From positions 1 through 64,000 of the IMG/VR virus record IMGVR_UViG_3300009151_000041: 64,000 nt of DNA. One strand, written 5' to 3'. This DNA comes from a virus. The position numbers and the translations under genes are program-made. Of this stretch, positions 28,801 through 38,814 are shown piece by piece. A model generated the notes under the pieces. That model made no database searches. It was not told the origin of the DNA and was given only the letters and a program-made list of their open reading frames with translations. How positions within the stretch are numbered: the first letter of the stretch is position 1; every line of letters starts with the position of its first letter.

Positions 28801-29093
28801 TGTGAACCGGATGCAGTAGCACCGCCAACGTTTTTCCAACCAGTGCCCGAATAAACTTTTAGCAGTGTAGTGGTTTTATCCCACCATAACTGACCAACAA
28901 GTGGTGCAGGAGGTGCTGTGTTTTTAGAAGCATTTTCTAGCAATCGAATAAAGTTATCAGCCAACATCTGCCCGTACTCGGCATAGTTTTGGCCAATCAG
29001 CGTCATTGAACTTGAGGTGTTTATAGTGCCAGATGCAATATTGGCATAGATCGTGCCGTCGGTTAATGTAACTGTATACGGTGTGGTAGCCAT
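25827..29093 (-). CDS. Tail fibre protein
   Basis: N-terminal LIG.NY..YG....NF..LLEN...P..GQLWWD, GN-rich shaft, ATTAGS repeats, duplicated distal domain. Confidence 0.8.
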   Translation of the reverse strand: MATTPYTVTLTDGTIYANIASGTINTSSSMTLIGQNYAEYGQMLADNFIRLLENASKNTAPPAPLVGQLWWDKTTTLLKVYSGTGWKNVGGATASGSQPTPSIVGDLWFNTVNQQLYVCSVAGNPGTFIVVGAAVNNPGNITFAIANTVISTVASTGSFVTGVVSATGDVTGANITANGLAIVSGNIQGGNLRTAGLVSAAGTVTGSSLLGSVVSASGNVTGSNILTDGLVSAAGTVTGSSLLGSAVSASGNVTGGNIATGGIATVTGNAQVGNLRTVGLISATGTVTGSQFIGSGSGLTSIPGGNVTGTVANATYATSAGSATTATTANSANSVAGNAVSGTVANATYATSAGSATTATTATTANTANSVLGTNVSGAVANATYATSAGTATTAGSATTAGSATTATTAGTVTNATQGNITSLGTLTGLTLGGSLLINNAVSPNTNTIQFGDNTGWTLRYMTNVSGTPTQRFSFTDQGAFSATGTITGSQFNGSGAGLTSIPGGNVSKVANATYSDSAGSATTATTAGTVSNGTQSNITGVGTLTSLNVTGTITGGNLSTGGNVTITGAGRLVAEGIYRTNYSFSSMTLNDSSEYFSGTTRIVVFSGTGGTLYMPNVGGGSPTTALQEYCFINRCSGTISVRYGLGGAIGSIPSGATGVITASAATVTSASDWALSIGFNSTVSVTGTITGSQFNGSGAGLTSIPGGNVSGAVANATYATSAGTATTAGSATTAGSATTAGSATTAGTFTSNRTNYFGTTNGAVAGQMMWKNYGNGHTIFDASQSTSPDGNSVDNTNATYAWSGTYPTLMGWNGAATYGVRVDSARVADIAGSATTAGSATTAGTVTNATQGNITGVGVLTSLSTTGNVNITSTGRLVAAGISKTNYNFISTTLNGGTYTPDGNTRVLVFTGSGGSVMMYSVTGGTSNLVNEHYIINNCSGPITIDYGIVYNIGTIPSGATGIVTSNRYPIDSYASWSLSVGTSSLGIGYGQTWQNWTDYRNLDTYYTNGNRPIQVSIVGYPGGGQYMYLYTQASQYVNATVVAQWYSQYPSFYATLSAIIPAGWQYKLYSAGGGNPPLSYQWYELR
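26851..26918. repeat. 18-bp tandem repeat CCAGCTGTGGTAGCAGAT, about 3.8 copies (SATTAG)
   Basis: Seen directly. Confidence 0.9.
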
Positions 29094-29151
29094 TCTGAGT
29101 GCCTTATTCCTATTTTCTATATTTATGGTAAATCAATGTGGTGTTTTGACA

Positions 29152-32100
29152 TTATAAAATCAATGCTTCAACCATTTTAACACCAACATCATCACTGCTT
29201 TCAAGAGCCACAGCAAACACATCATTGGCATGTGCCACTCCGGCCACTGCACATCCGTCATTGTGTGCTACCAGTCGTTGCCCTTTGCGCACAGTGCCAA
29301 TGACTTTCACCGGCACTCGACCTTTGAGTGCAACAAATGTGCCATTCTCAAGACCGTCATTCATTTTGAACGCAGGGTTCTCACTCACAGCACCAATGGC
29401 TCTGTCGCCAATCTGACAGGCTGTGACTTCGGCATCGCCGCCCACTGCAAGCACTGTGCCAACTTCATATTCTTGATCAGCCAAATATTTTTCTGCCAAG
29501 TCAGCGTATTGTGCTGATGTGGCTTTGGCAAACACAGTGTTAAAGTATGTTGTTGAACTACCAATATTACCAACACCATTGGCGTTGTTGTTGTTGATGT
29601 TACCGCCGCTAATATTGCCGGTTGAAACAGTCAAGCTAGATCCTGTGATGCCAGCGCCGGTTACCGCACCTGATACGCTGACACTGCTGCCGGTCATTAC
29701 ACCACCAACTACTGATGCACCTGTTACTGTGCCACTTACGCTGACACTGCTACCAGTCATTACACCACCAACTACTGATGCACCTGTTACTGTGCCTGAC
29801 ACACTGACACTGCTACCAGTCATTACACCACCAACCACACTGGCAGCTGTCACCGTTCCAGTTATAGATACTGTGGCACCATTGACCACAGCACTAGTAT
29901 TACCAATTGTGGCAGCACTGATACTTGCACCAGTAAATGCAGCACCTGAATTACCAATTGCAGCAGCGTTTACTGTGGCAGCAGTGACAGTGCCACTTAC
30001 GGATACACTTGTTCCCGTATGTGTGGTAGCATTAACATTGGCCCCGCCTAATATGTTACCGCCAGTAATGTTACCGCTTGCACTGACTGCACCACTTACG
30101 TTAGCACCGTTGCTTATCACCCATATGTTGGCGGTGCTGTTGTAGGTAAGACTTGCATACTGTGCGCCAGCAGGACCAACTTCAATACCGCCGCCATTTG
30201 CTGCCGCTGCGGTAGCAGCGTTGTTGGCCACGTTAATGGTCAAGTCATTGGTTGTGACGTTGTTACTGTTGATGTATGTGACATTGCCAGTCACACTCAA
30301 ATTGCCCTGGATAATAACTGCACCATTTACCCCGGCAGTAGCAGGATCAATTGTGATTATTGAATCAGTTGATGTGATTGTGTTGCCCGACAATGATAAT
30401 GTGCCGGCAGTCAATCCAGTAGTGGCAATTACGTTGCCGCCTGTGACGTTTCCGCTTGCACTCAACACACCAGTAATGTATTCACCTGTGGTTGCAAACA
30501 CAGCCACATTGCTTGTGCCGCCTACGCCAACTGCGATATTACCACCTGAACTCACAACCGTGACGTTTGATGTACCGCTGTTGATGTTGGCCACACTTGT
30601 GATCACGCCAGTCAACAATGCACCATTACCTAAGATGTAATTTCCAGTCACGTTGCCAACCGCAGATAATGCACCAATCAAACTCACAGCATTTGTGCTT
30701 TGTGTGATTGTGATAGGAACTGCGGTATTCCCAGTGGCATTTTGATAGAAAATTCTAAAATTATTAGACCCATCAACATCTACATTCCAAGTTGAATTGC
30801 CTTGTGCAGTCAGTCCTGAAATGTTGGCCCATGCCAACACAATTTGCCCGCCTTCCAATTGTGGACTTGGCGAATTGACTATGATATTATTGGCTGCTGT
30901 CACTGCCCCGCTGGCGCTGATTACACCGGTCACATAAAATCCAGTGTTGGCTGTTGTGGTCACAGTGCTGCCGCCAAGGCCAGTGGTTATATTGCTGTTT
31001 GCGGCCACAGTGATATTGGATGTGCCGTTGGTGATATTGGTTCCAGCGGTTACACTGATACCAGTAAGTTGACTGCCGTCACCAATTATATAAGCTCCTC
31101 TCACATTGCCAATTGCCGAAACGTTACCAGCAGTTATGTTGCCTACAATACTGGCCAATCCACTTGCACTGAAGTTATTTCCAGTTACATTTCCAAATGC
31201 ACTGAGATCTTGAACTGCGTTTACATTGCCACCCTTGATGTTGCCACCGGCAGATATAATACTGTTAACAGTTAGATTTCCACCATTGACATTACCGCTG
31301 GTGCTAATCTGCCCTGTTGGATTGGTTTGAAAAATATTTCCTGTGGTGCTTATATTGCCAGCAAAAAGATTACCAGTTGCAGAAATCAATCCACCTGTAA
31401 GCAAATTACCACTGTTTATATTACCAGTTACCGAAACTGTGGTGCCTGTTAGTGATGTGGCATTGACATTGGCTCCACCTAATACATTGCCAGCAGAGAT
31501 GTTGCCTGTGGCAGAGATCAATCCACCAGTTAGGATATTGCCACCAGTTATGTTACCAGTAACACTGACCACATTGCCAGTGATAGAAGGTGTAGCACCT
31601 TGAAGCACAGTGGTTCCACCTGCGGGGTTGATAATGGTTATGGCTGTGGCATTGGCTGAAATTTGAGCATTGCCCAAATAGATTGTGCTGTTGCTCAACC
31701 ACAAGTCTCTCCATCTCTGACTGTTTGAACCTAGATCATAAGTGATGTTAGATACTGGCAACAAGCTATTCAGTATATTGCCGCTGACACTTAAATTGCC
31801 ACCAGTAATATTAGCAGTTGTGGTAATAGCACTGGTTGAGTTCAATGCACTCACAACGTTTGAACTCAAACTCAAACCAGCTGCGTTTAAGTTGCCACCT
31901 GTGATGTTGCCAGTTACAGATACCGTGGTGCCTGTCACATTACCAACTATAGCACCAATCAAGTTGCCACCTGAAATATTGGCAGTTGTGGTGATGTTGG
32001 ATGTTGAGTTCAGTGCTGATACAACATTTGAACTCAAACTCAATCCAGCAGCATTTAGGTTACCACCAGTGATGTTTCCTGTGACCGATACAGTTGTACC

Positions 32101-33951
32101 TGTGTGAGTGGTAGCATTGACGTTGGCACCACCCAGGATATTACCACCAGTGATGTTGCCTGCAACTGACAGTGCCGAGCCACCAGTATTGGCTATGGCC
32201 ACTTGAGCATTGCCTAAAAACTGCACAGTCGAATTGCCTGCTACTGGACCGATGTTGATGTTAGTGGTAGAATTGGCAGCACCTAACGTACCGATGTCAA
32301 TGGTTTTGATGTTGGCAGATGCTGTGATTCCGTTGCCAATGGCAATGGTCTGGTTGGCAGTGGATCTGCCTATGTTTATGGCACCAGTTTGAGCGGTGCC
32401 ACCCAGGGTCAGCGTGCCAGTGGTTTGACTGGTTCCAAATGATTGATTTGTTGTGGTTCCTGAAAAAGTCACTGCCCCAGTAGCGCTCAATGTTGTGGTA
32501 GTTACAGTACCGGTTCCTGATACCAGTCCTGTTCCAAACAGCAAGTTACCACCTGTGATGTTGGCAGTTGTGGTGATGTTGGCAGTTGAGTTTATGGCAG
32601 ATACCACATTTGAGCTCAAACTCAAGCCAGCAGCATTTAAATTACCGCCAGTTATGTTTGCACTTACTGATACTGTGGTACCTGTATGTGTTGTGGCATT
32701 AACATTAGCGCCGCCCAATATGTTTCCGCCTGTGATGTTGGCAGTTGTGGTGATGTTGGCAGTTGAGTTTATAGCAGATACCACATTTGAGCTCAAACTT
32801 AGTCCTGCTGCATTCAAGTTACCACTGGTGATATTACCAGTTACCGAAACTGTGGTACCTGTATGTGTGGTGGCATTCACATTGGCCCCACCTAGTATGT
32901 TACCACCTGTGATGTTGCCAGTTGTACTAATATTACCAGTGCCCACAATGCCAACGGTGTTCACGTTACCTGTTGAGCTCAGTGTGGCACCTTGCACTAG
33001 TGCCGCTGAAATAATATTTCCAGCATTGAGGTTACCTATTGCTGAAATCAATCCACTGGTCAAATAATTTGCTGCTGTGCTGTTGCCAGTGCTGGAAATC
33101 AAACCATTGTTTAATAGATTACCACCAGTGATATTACCCGTTACCGACACAGTGGTTCCAGTCAAATTGCCAACAAGTGTGCCAATCAAGTTACCGCCGG
33201 TAATGTTGCCGCTTGCACTTACAACTGAACCCAATAGGCTTGAACCAGTAACAGTGCCAGTGGCAGATATCAATCCGCCTGTGCGTAGATTGCCACCAGT
33301 TATGTTGCCACTTATGCTGAGACTGGTTGCAACCAGTGTGCCCACAATATTGCCAGCTGTGACATTGCCTGTAGTGGAAAAATCACCTGTTCCCACAATA
33401 CCCACAGTGTTTACATTGCCAGTTGAGCTGATCAACGCACCCACTACAGATCCGCCAGCAGACACCACTCCAGCAGCATTAACGTTGGCTCCTGTAACAT
33501 TACCATCAGCACTGACTATGCCTGTAACCGATTGGGATCCACTGACCTCTTGCCCACCAATAGTCCAAACAACTATATTGGCCACATTGCCAACAGATAC
33601 AGTTGCATTGCCTCCTGCTGTGGGGATCAAAATACTGGTATTTCCGTTGTAAATGGCATCGCCCACAATATTGCCAGTAAGACTGGCGTTGCCACTCACA
33701 GCAAAATCACCAGCTATAGTTACCAAATTGGCACTTACAACCATCACATTTGCCACACCTCTTACACCAAATGCAACGTTAGAATTGGCATTTACAAACA
33801 CATTTGAATTACCGTTGACAATGGTAGGAATGGTAATAGCACTTGTATAAAGTTCAGAAAAATTATCGTTTGTCTTGATAAAAGCCTGGCGCAGGCTATC
33901 GCCCTGCCCGTCGTTGGCCACGGTTCCTACATTGATTATTTGCTGGGTCAT
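29152..33951 (-). CDS. Long tail fibre/spike protein
   Basis: T4 gp9/gp10-like N-terminus (INVGT.ANDG.GD.LR.AF.K.N.NF.ELY), many GNITGGN repeats, C-terminal AQYADLAEKY chaperone-like domain. Confidence 0.8.
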   Translation of the reverse strand: MTQQIINVGTVANDGQGDSLRQAFIKTNDNFSELYTSAITIPTIVNGNSNVFVNANSNVAFGVRGVANVMVVSANLVTIAGDFAVSGNASLTGNIVGDAIYNGNTSILIPTAGGNATVSVGNVANIVVWTIGGQEVSGSQSVTGIVSADGNVTGANVNAAGVVSAGGSVVGALISSTGNVNTVGIVGTGDFSTTGNVTAGNIVGTLVATSLSISGNITGGNLRTGGLISATGTVTGSSLLGSVVSASGNITGGNLIGTLVGNLTGTTVSVTGNITGGNLLNNGLISSTGNSTAANYLTSGLISAIGNLNAGNIISAALVQGATLSSTGNVNTVGIVGTGNISTTGNITGGNILGGANVNATTHTGTTVSVTGNITSGNLNAAGLSLSSNVVSAINSTANITTTANITGGNILGGANVNATTHTGTTVSVSANITGGNLNAAGLSLSSNVVSAINSTANITTTANITGGNLLFGTGLVSGTGTVTTTTLSATGAVTFSGTTTNQSFGTSQTTGTLTLGGTAQTGAINIGRSTANQTIAIGNGITASANIKTIDIGTLGAANSTTNINIGPVAGNSTVQFLGNAQVAIANTGGSALSVAGNITGGNILGGANVNATTHTGTTVSVTGNITGGNLNAAGLSLSSNVVSALNSTSNITTTANISGGNLIGAIVGNVTGTTVSVTGNITGGNLNAAGLSLSSNVVSALNSTSAITTTANITGGNLSVSGNILNSLLPVSNITYDLGSNSQRWRDLWLSNSTIYLGNAQISANATAITIINPAGGTTVLQGATPSITGNVVSVTGNITGGNILTGGLISATGNISAGNVLGGANVNATSLTGTTVSVTGNINSGNLLTGGLISATGNLFAGNISTTGNIFQTNPTGQISTSGNVNGGNLTVNSIISAGGNIKGGNVNAVQDLSAFGNVTGNNFSASGLASIVGNITAGNVSAIGNVRGAYIIGDGSQLTGISVTAGTNITNGTSNITVAANSNITTGLGGSTVTTTANTGFYVTGVISASGAVTAANNIIVNSPSPQLEGGQIVLAWANISGLTAQGNSTWNVDVDGSNNFRIFYQNATGNTAVPITITQSTNAVSLIGALSAVGNVTGNYILGNGALLTGVITSVANINSGTSNVTVVSSGGNIAVGVGGTSNVAVFATTGEYITGVLSASGNVTGGNVIATTGLTAGTLSLSGNTITSTDSIITIDPATAGVNGAVIIQGNLSVTGNVTYINSNNVTTNDLTINVANNAATAAAANGGGIEVGPAGAQYASLTYNSTANIWVISNGANVSGAVSASGNITGGNILGGANVNATTHTGTSVSVSGTVTAATVNAAAIGNSGAAFTGASISAATIGNTSAVVNGATVSITGTVTAASVVGGVMTGSSVSVSGTVTGASVVGGVMTGSSVSVSGTVTGASVVGGVMTGSSVSVSGAVTGAGITGSSLTVSTGNISGGNINNNNANGVGNIGSSTTYFNTVFAKATSAQYADLAEKYLADQEYEVGTVLAVGGDAEVTACQIGDRAIGAVSENPAFKMNDGLENGTFVALKGRVPVKVIGTVRKGQRLVAHNDGCAVAGVAHANDVFAVALESSDDVGVKMVEALIL
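29678..29835. repeat. 63-bp tandem repeat, three partial copies (GASVVGGVMTGSSVSVSGTVT)
   Basis: GTCATTACACCACCAAC recurs at 29693, 29756 and 29819. Confidence 0.85.
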
Positions 33952-33972
33952 ACGGTTTCAGTCCTATTGATG

Positions 33973-34012
33973 TATTTACCAAATGATCTGGCTTGTGTTT
34001 GGCTACTAAATA
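33973..34012. promoter_or_regulatory. Divergent TAAATA late promoters between two fibre genes
   Basis: TAAATA on minus (33973-33978) and on plus (34007-34012). Confidence 0.6.
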
Positions 34013-34031
34013 CATCAAACTGGAGCAATAG

Positions 34032-36287
34032 ATGAGTTATGTAATCAATAACAGCAGGGGTAACATTGTAGCGGTAGTACCTGATGGCACAATAAACACC
34101 ACCGCTACATCCGTTAATTTGGTGGGCCGTGGAGTTACGCCTTATGGTTTGCCCGAAAATGAAAACTATGTTTATTTGCTTGAAAATTTTGCCAAACCTG
34201 CCCCTCCATTGGCACCGGTATTGGGGCAACTGTGGTATAACAATAGTGAAGATATAATGGCTGTGTATGGGTCAGCCAATGCCTGGATTGATCTAGCCAG
34301 CATAGACTATGTAGAGGCTCAAAAAGTCAGCCCTGCATTCACAGGTGCGCCCACAGCACCCACAGCAGACTATGGAACCAATACAACCCAGTTGGCAACC
34401 ACAGCATTTGTACAAGGCGAAAAGGCCAGTCCGTCCTTTGCTGGGATACCAACTGCACCAACAGCCTCTTCCTCAACGTCTACCACACAGATTGCCACAA
34501 CAGCATTTGTTCAATCTCAAAAAACTTCGCCTGCATTTAGTGGCATTCCTACTGCACCTACTGCCAATGCTGGAACCAATAACACCCAGTTGGCCACAAC
34601 AGAATTTACAACTGGTGCAGTAGCCACATTACAGGCATCAACCACAGCCACAACAGATTCATTGCAGTCATTAAAAGCACCACTTGATAGCCCGTTATTT
34701 ACTGGTGTGCCCACTGCACCTACACCTGCAGACAACGATGTAAGTTTGAAAATTGCCACCACAGCATTTGTGAGATCATCTGCTCCAGTATTATCAGTTG
34801 CCAGTAAAACTGGTGCTGTGACACTAACAGTTTCAGATGTGTCTGGTGCTGCACCTCTAGCAGGGCCAACATTTACCGGCACAGTGATTGCGCCAACTGC
34901 GTCATATGGAACCAATTCAACTGTTGTGGCCACTGCTGCATTTGTGCAAGGTGAAAAAGTCAGTCCTGTATTTACTGGTGTGCCAACTGCGCCCACAGCC
35001 GGTGCAGGTACCAGCAACGCTCAAATCGCAACCACAGCATATGCAGATACCGCAGTGTCCAATTTGAATGACATAGTTAACAATACCTATGCTCCCATAG
35101 CAAGTCCTACATTCTTGGGCACGCCTAGATCAACCACATTTGCTTATGGTACCAATGGCACCCAAATTGCCACAACTGCTTTTGTGCAAGGTGAAAAAGT
35201 CAGTCCTGCACTAACTGGCACACCAACAGCACCCACAGCAACTATTGGCACAGCAAACACACAAATTGCCACCACACAGTTTGTTTACAACATTACTGGC
35301 AATTTGGGTACAATGAGTCAGCAAAATGCCAATGCAGTTGCAATAACTGGTGGGTCAATAAGTGGCATAACTCCTTTGGCAGTAGTAAGTGGCGGCACAG
35401 GATCATCAACCGCAGCCGGGGCAAGAGTTAACTTGGGATTGGCATCTGGTGCAACAACCACAGTTGGTTCAATAGCAACACAAAACGCCAATTCTGTTGC
35501 TATTTCAGGTGGCTTAATAAGTGGCATTAACTTAACTGCCGGTAGTCCTACATTTACTGGCACACCAACAGCGCCCACAGCCTTCGTTGGAACATCTACC
35601 ACGCAGATTGCCACAACAGCATTTGTTCAAACAGCTACGTCAAATGCCATTGGAACATTAGGAACTATCTCAACACAAAACGCCAATGCAGTAAACATCA
35701 CCGGCGGAGCTATCACCGGAGTCACTCCAATATTGCTAACCTCAGGTGGTACTGGTGCTTCATCCGCTGCCGCAGCAAGAATCAATCTCGGTCTGGCATC
35801 AGGGGCAACTACTTCAGTAGGCTCCATAGCTACTCAAAATGCCAATGCAGTAAACATTAGTGGTGGAACTATCTCGGGTATTAATCCATTGGGCATTGCC
35901 GAAGGCGGCACTGGTGCTTCAGATGCAGCCAACGCTAGAATAAATCTGGGTCTTGGGTCTGGTGCCACTACCACTGTAGGCACTATAGCTATACAAAATG
36001 CCAGCTCTGTAGATATCACTGGCGGCACTATTAGCGGATTGAGTTCACCGTTGCCGGTAGCAAGTGGTGGCACCGGCGGCAATACTGCGGCAGCGGCACG
36101 TTCAGGTATTGATGCGGCATGGACTGGACTGACCATTACAGCCGGTGCTGGACTTACTGGTGGTGGCGATTTAACTAACAATCGCACACTGGCCATTGCT
36201 ACTACCAGCAACGGCTACGGCAATCGAACTGTCAGCAGTAGCACGCCAACCGGTGGTAGCAATGGCGACATCTGGTATCAAATCTAA
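34032..36287 (+). CDS. Tail fibre protein with SPAFTGTPTAPT...TQIATTAFV repeats
   Basis: N-terminus shared with 25827-29093, about nine fibre repeats, GGTGA..A..AR.NLG repeats, GDIWYQ end. Confidence 0.8.
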   Translation: MSYVINNSRGNIVAVVPDGTINTTATSVNLVGRGVTPYGLPENENYVYLLENFAKPAPPLAPVLGQLWYNNSEDIMAVYGSANAWIDLASIDYVEAQKVSPAFTGAPTAPTADYGTNTTQLATTAFVQGEKASPSFAGIPTAPTASSSTSTTQIATTAFVQSQKTSPAFSGIPTAPTANAGTNNTQLATTEFTTGAVATLQASTTATTDSLQSLKAPLDSPLFTGVPTAPTPADNDVSLKIATTAFVRSSAPVLSVASKTGAVTLTVSDVSGAAPLAGPTFTGTVIAPTASYGTNSTVVATAAFVQGEKVSPVFTGVPTAPTAGAGTSNAQIATTAYADTAVSNLNDIVNNTYAPIASPTFLGTPRSTTFAYGTNGTQIATTAFVQGEKVSPALTGTPTAPTATIGTANTQIATTQFVYNITGNLGTMSQQNANAVAITGGSISGITPLAVVSGGTGSSTAAGARVNLGLASGATTTVGSIATQNANSVAISGGLISGINLTAGSPTFTGTPTAPTAFVGTSTTQIATTAFVQTATSNAIGTLGTISTQNANAVNITGGAITGVTPILLTSGGTGASSAAAARINLGLASGATTSVGSIATQNANAVNISGGTISGINPLGIAEGGTGASDAANARINLGLGSGATTTVGTIAIQNASSVDITGGTISGLSSPLPVASGGTGGNTAAAARSGIDAAWTGLTITAGAGLTGGGDLTNNRTLAIATTSNGYGNRTVSSSTPTGGSNGDIWYQI

Positions 36288-36290
36288 CAC

Positions 36291-37700
36291 ATGGCAACTA
36301 CTACTATAACCAATATTGGGTATACTGGCACCATACAAAATGCCACAGTAACTGGAGAATTTGGCATTCCAGTCAATGCACATCTATGGGGTGCCGGCGG
36401 CGGCTCATCCAATGCAAATGGCAATGCTGGCGGCTACAGCAAGGTATACTTTATTGCCAAGCCCGGGGATATATTAACAGTGGCTGTGGGGCAAGGTGGA
36501 GGCCGTGGTGGCCCTAATATTAATCCTTCGACTCCTAGTGGATTTCCTGGTGCGGCCTATAGTGGGTTATTATTTAACAGTCGATACCCACCCCCAGGCA
36601 CGGCAGTTTATCCTTATGGTAACGGAACATCATTCCTTGATCAATGGGGAGTATGGGGACCAAATCAAAATGACAATATATTTTTAAGACAATACAGCAT
36701 CAGGTTTCCGACCACTGCAAATGTAATCTTTCAGGTGTCTTGCAATAATTCTTGTGTTATTTCTCTTGACGGCAATCCCATAATCAACAGACCTCCTGGA
36801 ATGAATCCTAACACAATATCAGAAGCATTTGTGAATGTTACCAGTGGTACTCGTATATTGACAATTAGTGCTCAAGGCACAGTAGGTGCTCTTAACCGTG
36901 TGGGTGTTATATTTGGTACAGGCGACCAAACAACATTTGCAGGAGGTCACGGAGGTCAATCAGACAACGAACGCGGCATCCAGAATGGTGCCGGTGGAGG
37001 GGGCGGTGGCGCAACTATTCTAAGCCTTAATGATGTGGTAATTGGTGTGGCAGCAGGCGGAGCAGGTGGCGCCACAAGACCAGCAACTAGTGTCAGTACA
37101 GATTATCGTTACAACAACGGACAAGATGGTCAAGATTTGATTGGATTCAATGGTCAAGGTGATGCTGGTCCGGGTGGTGGTGGTGGTGGTGGACTGTGGG
37201 GAGGCCAAGGCGGTGCTGCCGGAGGTGGCGGAACCAACGTTGGCGGTGTTGCAGGCTCTAACGGAACTTCACAAGGGGACGAAAGATCCCAACCTATTGG
37301 ACGACAACCTTTTATTAATAGTCTTTATCCTGGCGGTAATGTTGCAACTGGCGGGCTTGGCCTGGGCTACTATTCTTCGGGTGGGAATGGAGCAGTTGTG
37401 CTTGAATATCAAACCGGCGGTGGCGGCTATGTAAAAGATGATGGTAGTTGGAAAGCAGTTCAAACTGCTTACGTAAAAGATGCTGGAGTTTGGAAACCCA
37501 TTCAAACCACCTATATCAACGAAAATGGTGTCTGGAAACCCATTCAAGGTGTGCCGGTGCCCACATTCACACAATTTTATGGTGCATTTGCACCGGCATC
37601 AAGAAGTTTTGGATCAAGATTAACACCCCCGCCCCCGCCTCCAGCACCAGATTATGGCGGCTACAATACTACTGGCTACGGTGATTATAGTATGTTCTAA
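36291..37700 (+). CDS. Glycine-rich distal fibre / adhesin-like protein
   Basis: WGAGGG Gly-rich domain, beta-sandwich insert, three YVK..G.WK repeats, Pro-rich tail. Confidence 0.65.
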   Translation: MATTTITNIGYTGTIQNATVTGEFGIPVNAHLWGAGGGSSNANGNAGGYSKVYFIAKPGDILTVAVGQGGGRGGPNINPSTPSGFPGAAYSGLLFNSRYPPPGTAVYPYGNGTSFLDQWGVWGPNQNDNIFLRQYSIRFPTTANVIFQVSCNNSCVISLDGNPIINRPPGMNPNTISEAFVNVTSGTRILTISAQGTVGALNRVGVIFGTGDQTTFAGGHGGQSDNERGIQNGAGGGGGGATILSLNDVVIGVAAGGAGGATRPATSVSTDYRYNNGQDGQDLIGFNGQGDAGPGGGGGGGLWGGQGGAAGGGGTNVGGVAGSNGTSQGDERSQPIGRQPFINSLYPGGNVATGGLGLGYYSSGGNGAVVLEYQTGGGGYVKDDGSWKAVQTAYVKDAGVWKPIQTTYINENGVWKPIQGVPVPTFTQFYGAFAPASRSFGSRLTPPPPPPAPDYGGYNTTGYGDYSMF

Positions 37701-38017
37701 ACTGAGAAACTTGATCCGCATCCGCAAGTGGATTGTGCTTGCGGATTTTTTATTGTGAAGCTGGCACCTTGCAGGTCTTCTTTATAGTCAATTGATGCGC
37801 CGTTGAGATATTGCATGCTCATGGCATCCACAACCACCCGAACTTCTTCGTAAGCAAAGTCAAAGTCATCTTCGTTTTTGACTTCTTCAAACGTGAATCC
37901 ATACTGGAATCCCGAGCATCCGCCACCTTGCACAAACACTCGCAACATGAGACTGGGATTGCCTTCTTCGGCAATCAGTTCACGCAATTTTGTAACAGCA
38001 CCAGTTTCTAAGTTCAT
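37697..38017 (-). CDS. erpA: A-type Fe-S cluster insertion protein (ErpA/IscA)
   Basis: [15 protein letters not shown] and CGCGSSF. Confidence 0.93.
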   Translation of the reverse strand: MNLETGAVTKLRELIAEEGNPSLMLRVFVQGGGCSGFQYGFTFEEVKNEDDFDFAYEEVRVVVDAMSMQYLNGASIDYKEDLQGASFTIKNPQAQSTCGCGSSFSV

Positions 38018-38565
38018 TATAGTCTTTCGTTGCAAACGTCCCAGTTGATGATCTTCCACATGTTGTTGAGATATGCCTCTTTATCTGCTTGATAGTCCAG
38101 AGCCCAGGCGTGTTCCCACCAGTCCACTAGGCAGCAGATGTCTGTGCGCACAGCATGATTGGCAATGGTCTTGATGGCACCACCTGCGCTCAAGTACACC
38201 CAACCAGATCCCTGGATCTTCATGGCAGCTTCTTTAAACTGCTCTTTGAAATCTTCCCAAGTTTTGAAGTTATCTTCAATCAATTGGAGAACTGCGCCAC
38301 GGGGGCGATTGGTGCCTTTAGGAGCCCGAAGCTGAGGGAAGAATTTATTGTGTAAAAAACTGCCAGCACGATTAAAATCCGCATTGCCTTCTCCTGCGTT
38401 GTAACGCTTGGCATAGCCTTTGGCCAAGTGTTCAAAGTGATAGTCTATGGTGGCTCTGCTCATCACGGGCTCAAGATCTTTTGGGCTGTAGGGCAGAGGG
38501 GTGGTTTCCAGCTTGGCCGGGCGGGTGCTGGCTTCTAGTAAATCAAGAGTTTGACGAATTTCCAT
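38017..38565 (-). CDS. sod: Fe/Mn superoxide dismutase
   Basis: LPY...LEP, YH, LHN, GSGW, DWWEHAW..DY; the four metal ligands appear intact. Confidence 0.92.
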   Translation of the reverse strand: MEIRQTLDLLEASTRPAKLETTPLPYSPKDLEPVMSRATIDYHFEHLAKGYAKRYNAGEGNADFNRAGSFLHNKFFPQLRAPKGTNRPRGAVLQLIEDNFKTWEDFKEQFKEAAMKIQGSGWVYLSAGGAIKTIANHAVRTDICCLVDWWEHAWALDYQADKEAYLNNMWKIINWDVCNERL

Positions 38566-38573
38566 GCAAGTAT

Positions 38574-38795
38574 TTATTTGCGTCTTGTGATACGCCCACG
38601 AGTCAAATCGTAAGGGCTAAACGCAATTTCTACTCGATCACCAAGAAGAACTTTGATATTGTTGGTGCGCATACGCCCTGACAAATATCCAATTACCACA
38701 TTGTTCATGTCATCTAATTTGATTCTAAACATTGCAGCAGGCATGATTTCTTCTACCACACCTTCCATATTGATTGTTTCTTCTTGTTTTGCCAT
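38574..38795 (-). CDS. infA: Translation initiation factor IF-1
   Basis: MAK.E.I.MEG.V.E..P, SGRMR.N.I.VL.GD.V, SPYDLTRGRI. Confidence 0.95.
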   Translation of the reverse strand: MAKQEETINMEGVVEEIMPAAMFRIKLDDMNNVVIGYLSGRMRTNNIKVLLGDRVEIAFSPYDLTRGRITRRK

Positions 38796-38814
38796 ATAAG
38801 TGTTTACTTAGTTG

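Noticed and set aside
26543-33850. Long plus-strand ORFs rich in P/V/L/T (e.g. 28237-28746, 29519-30145, 32453-33067)
   Set aside because: Antisense shadows of repetitive Gly/Asn/Thr fibre codons, with no independent signals or motifs.
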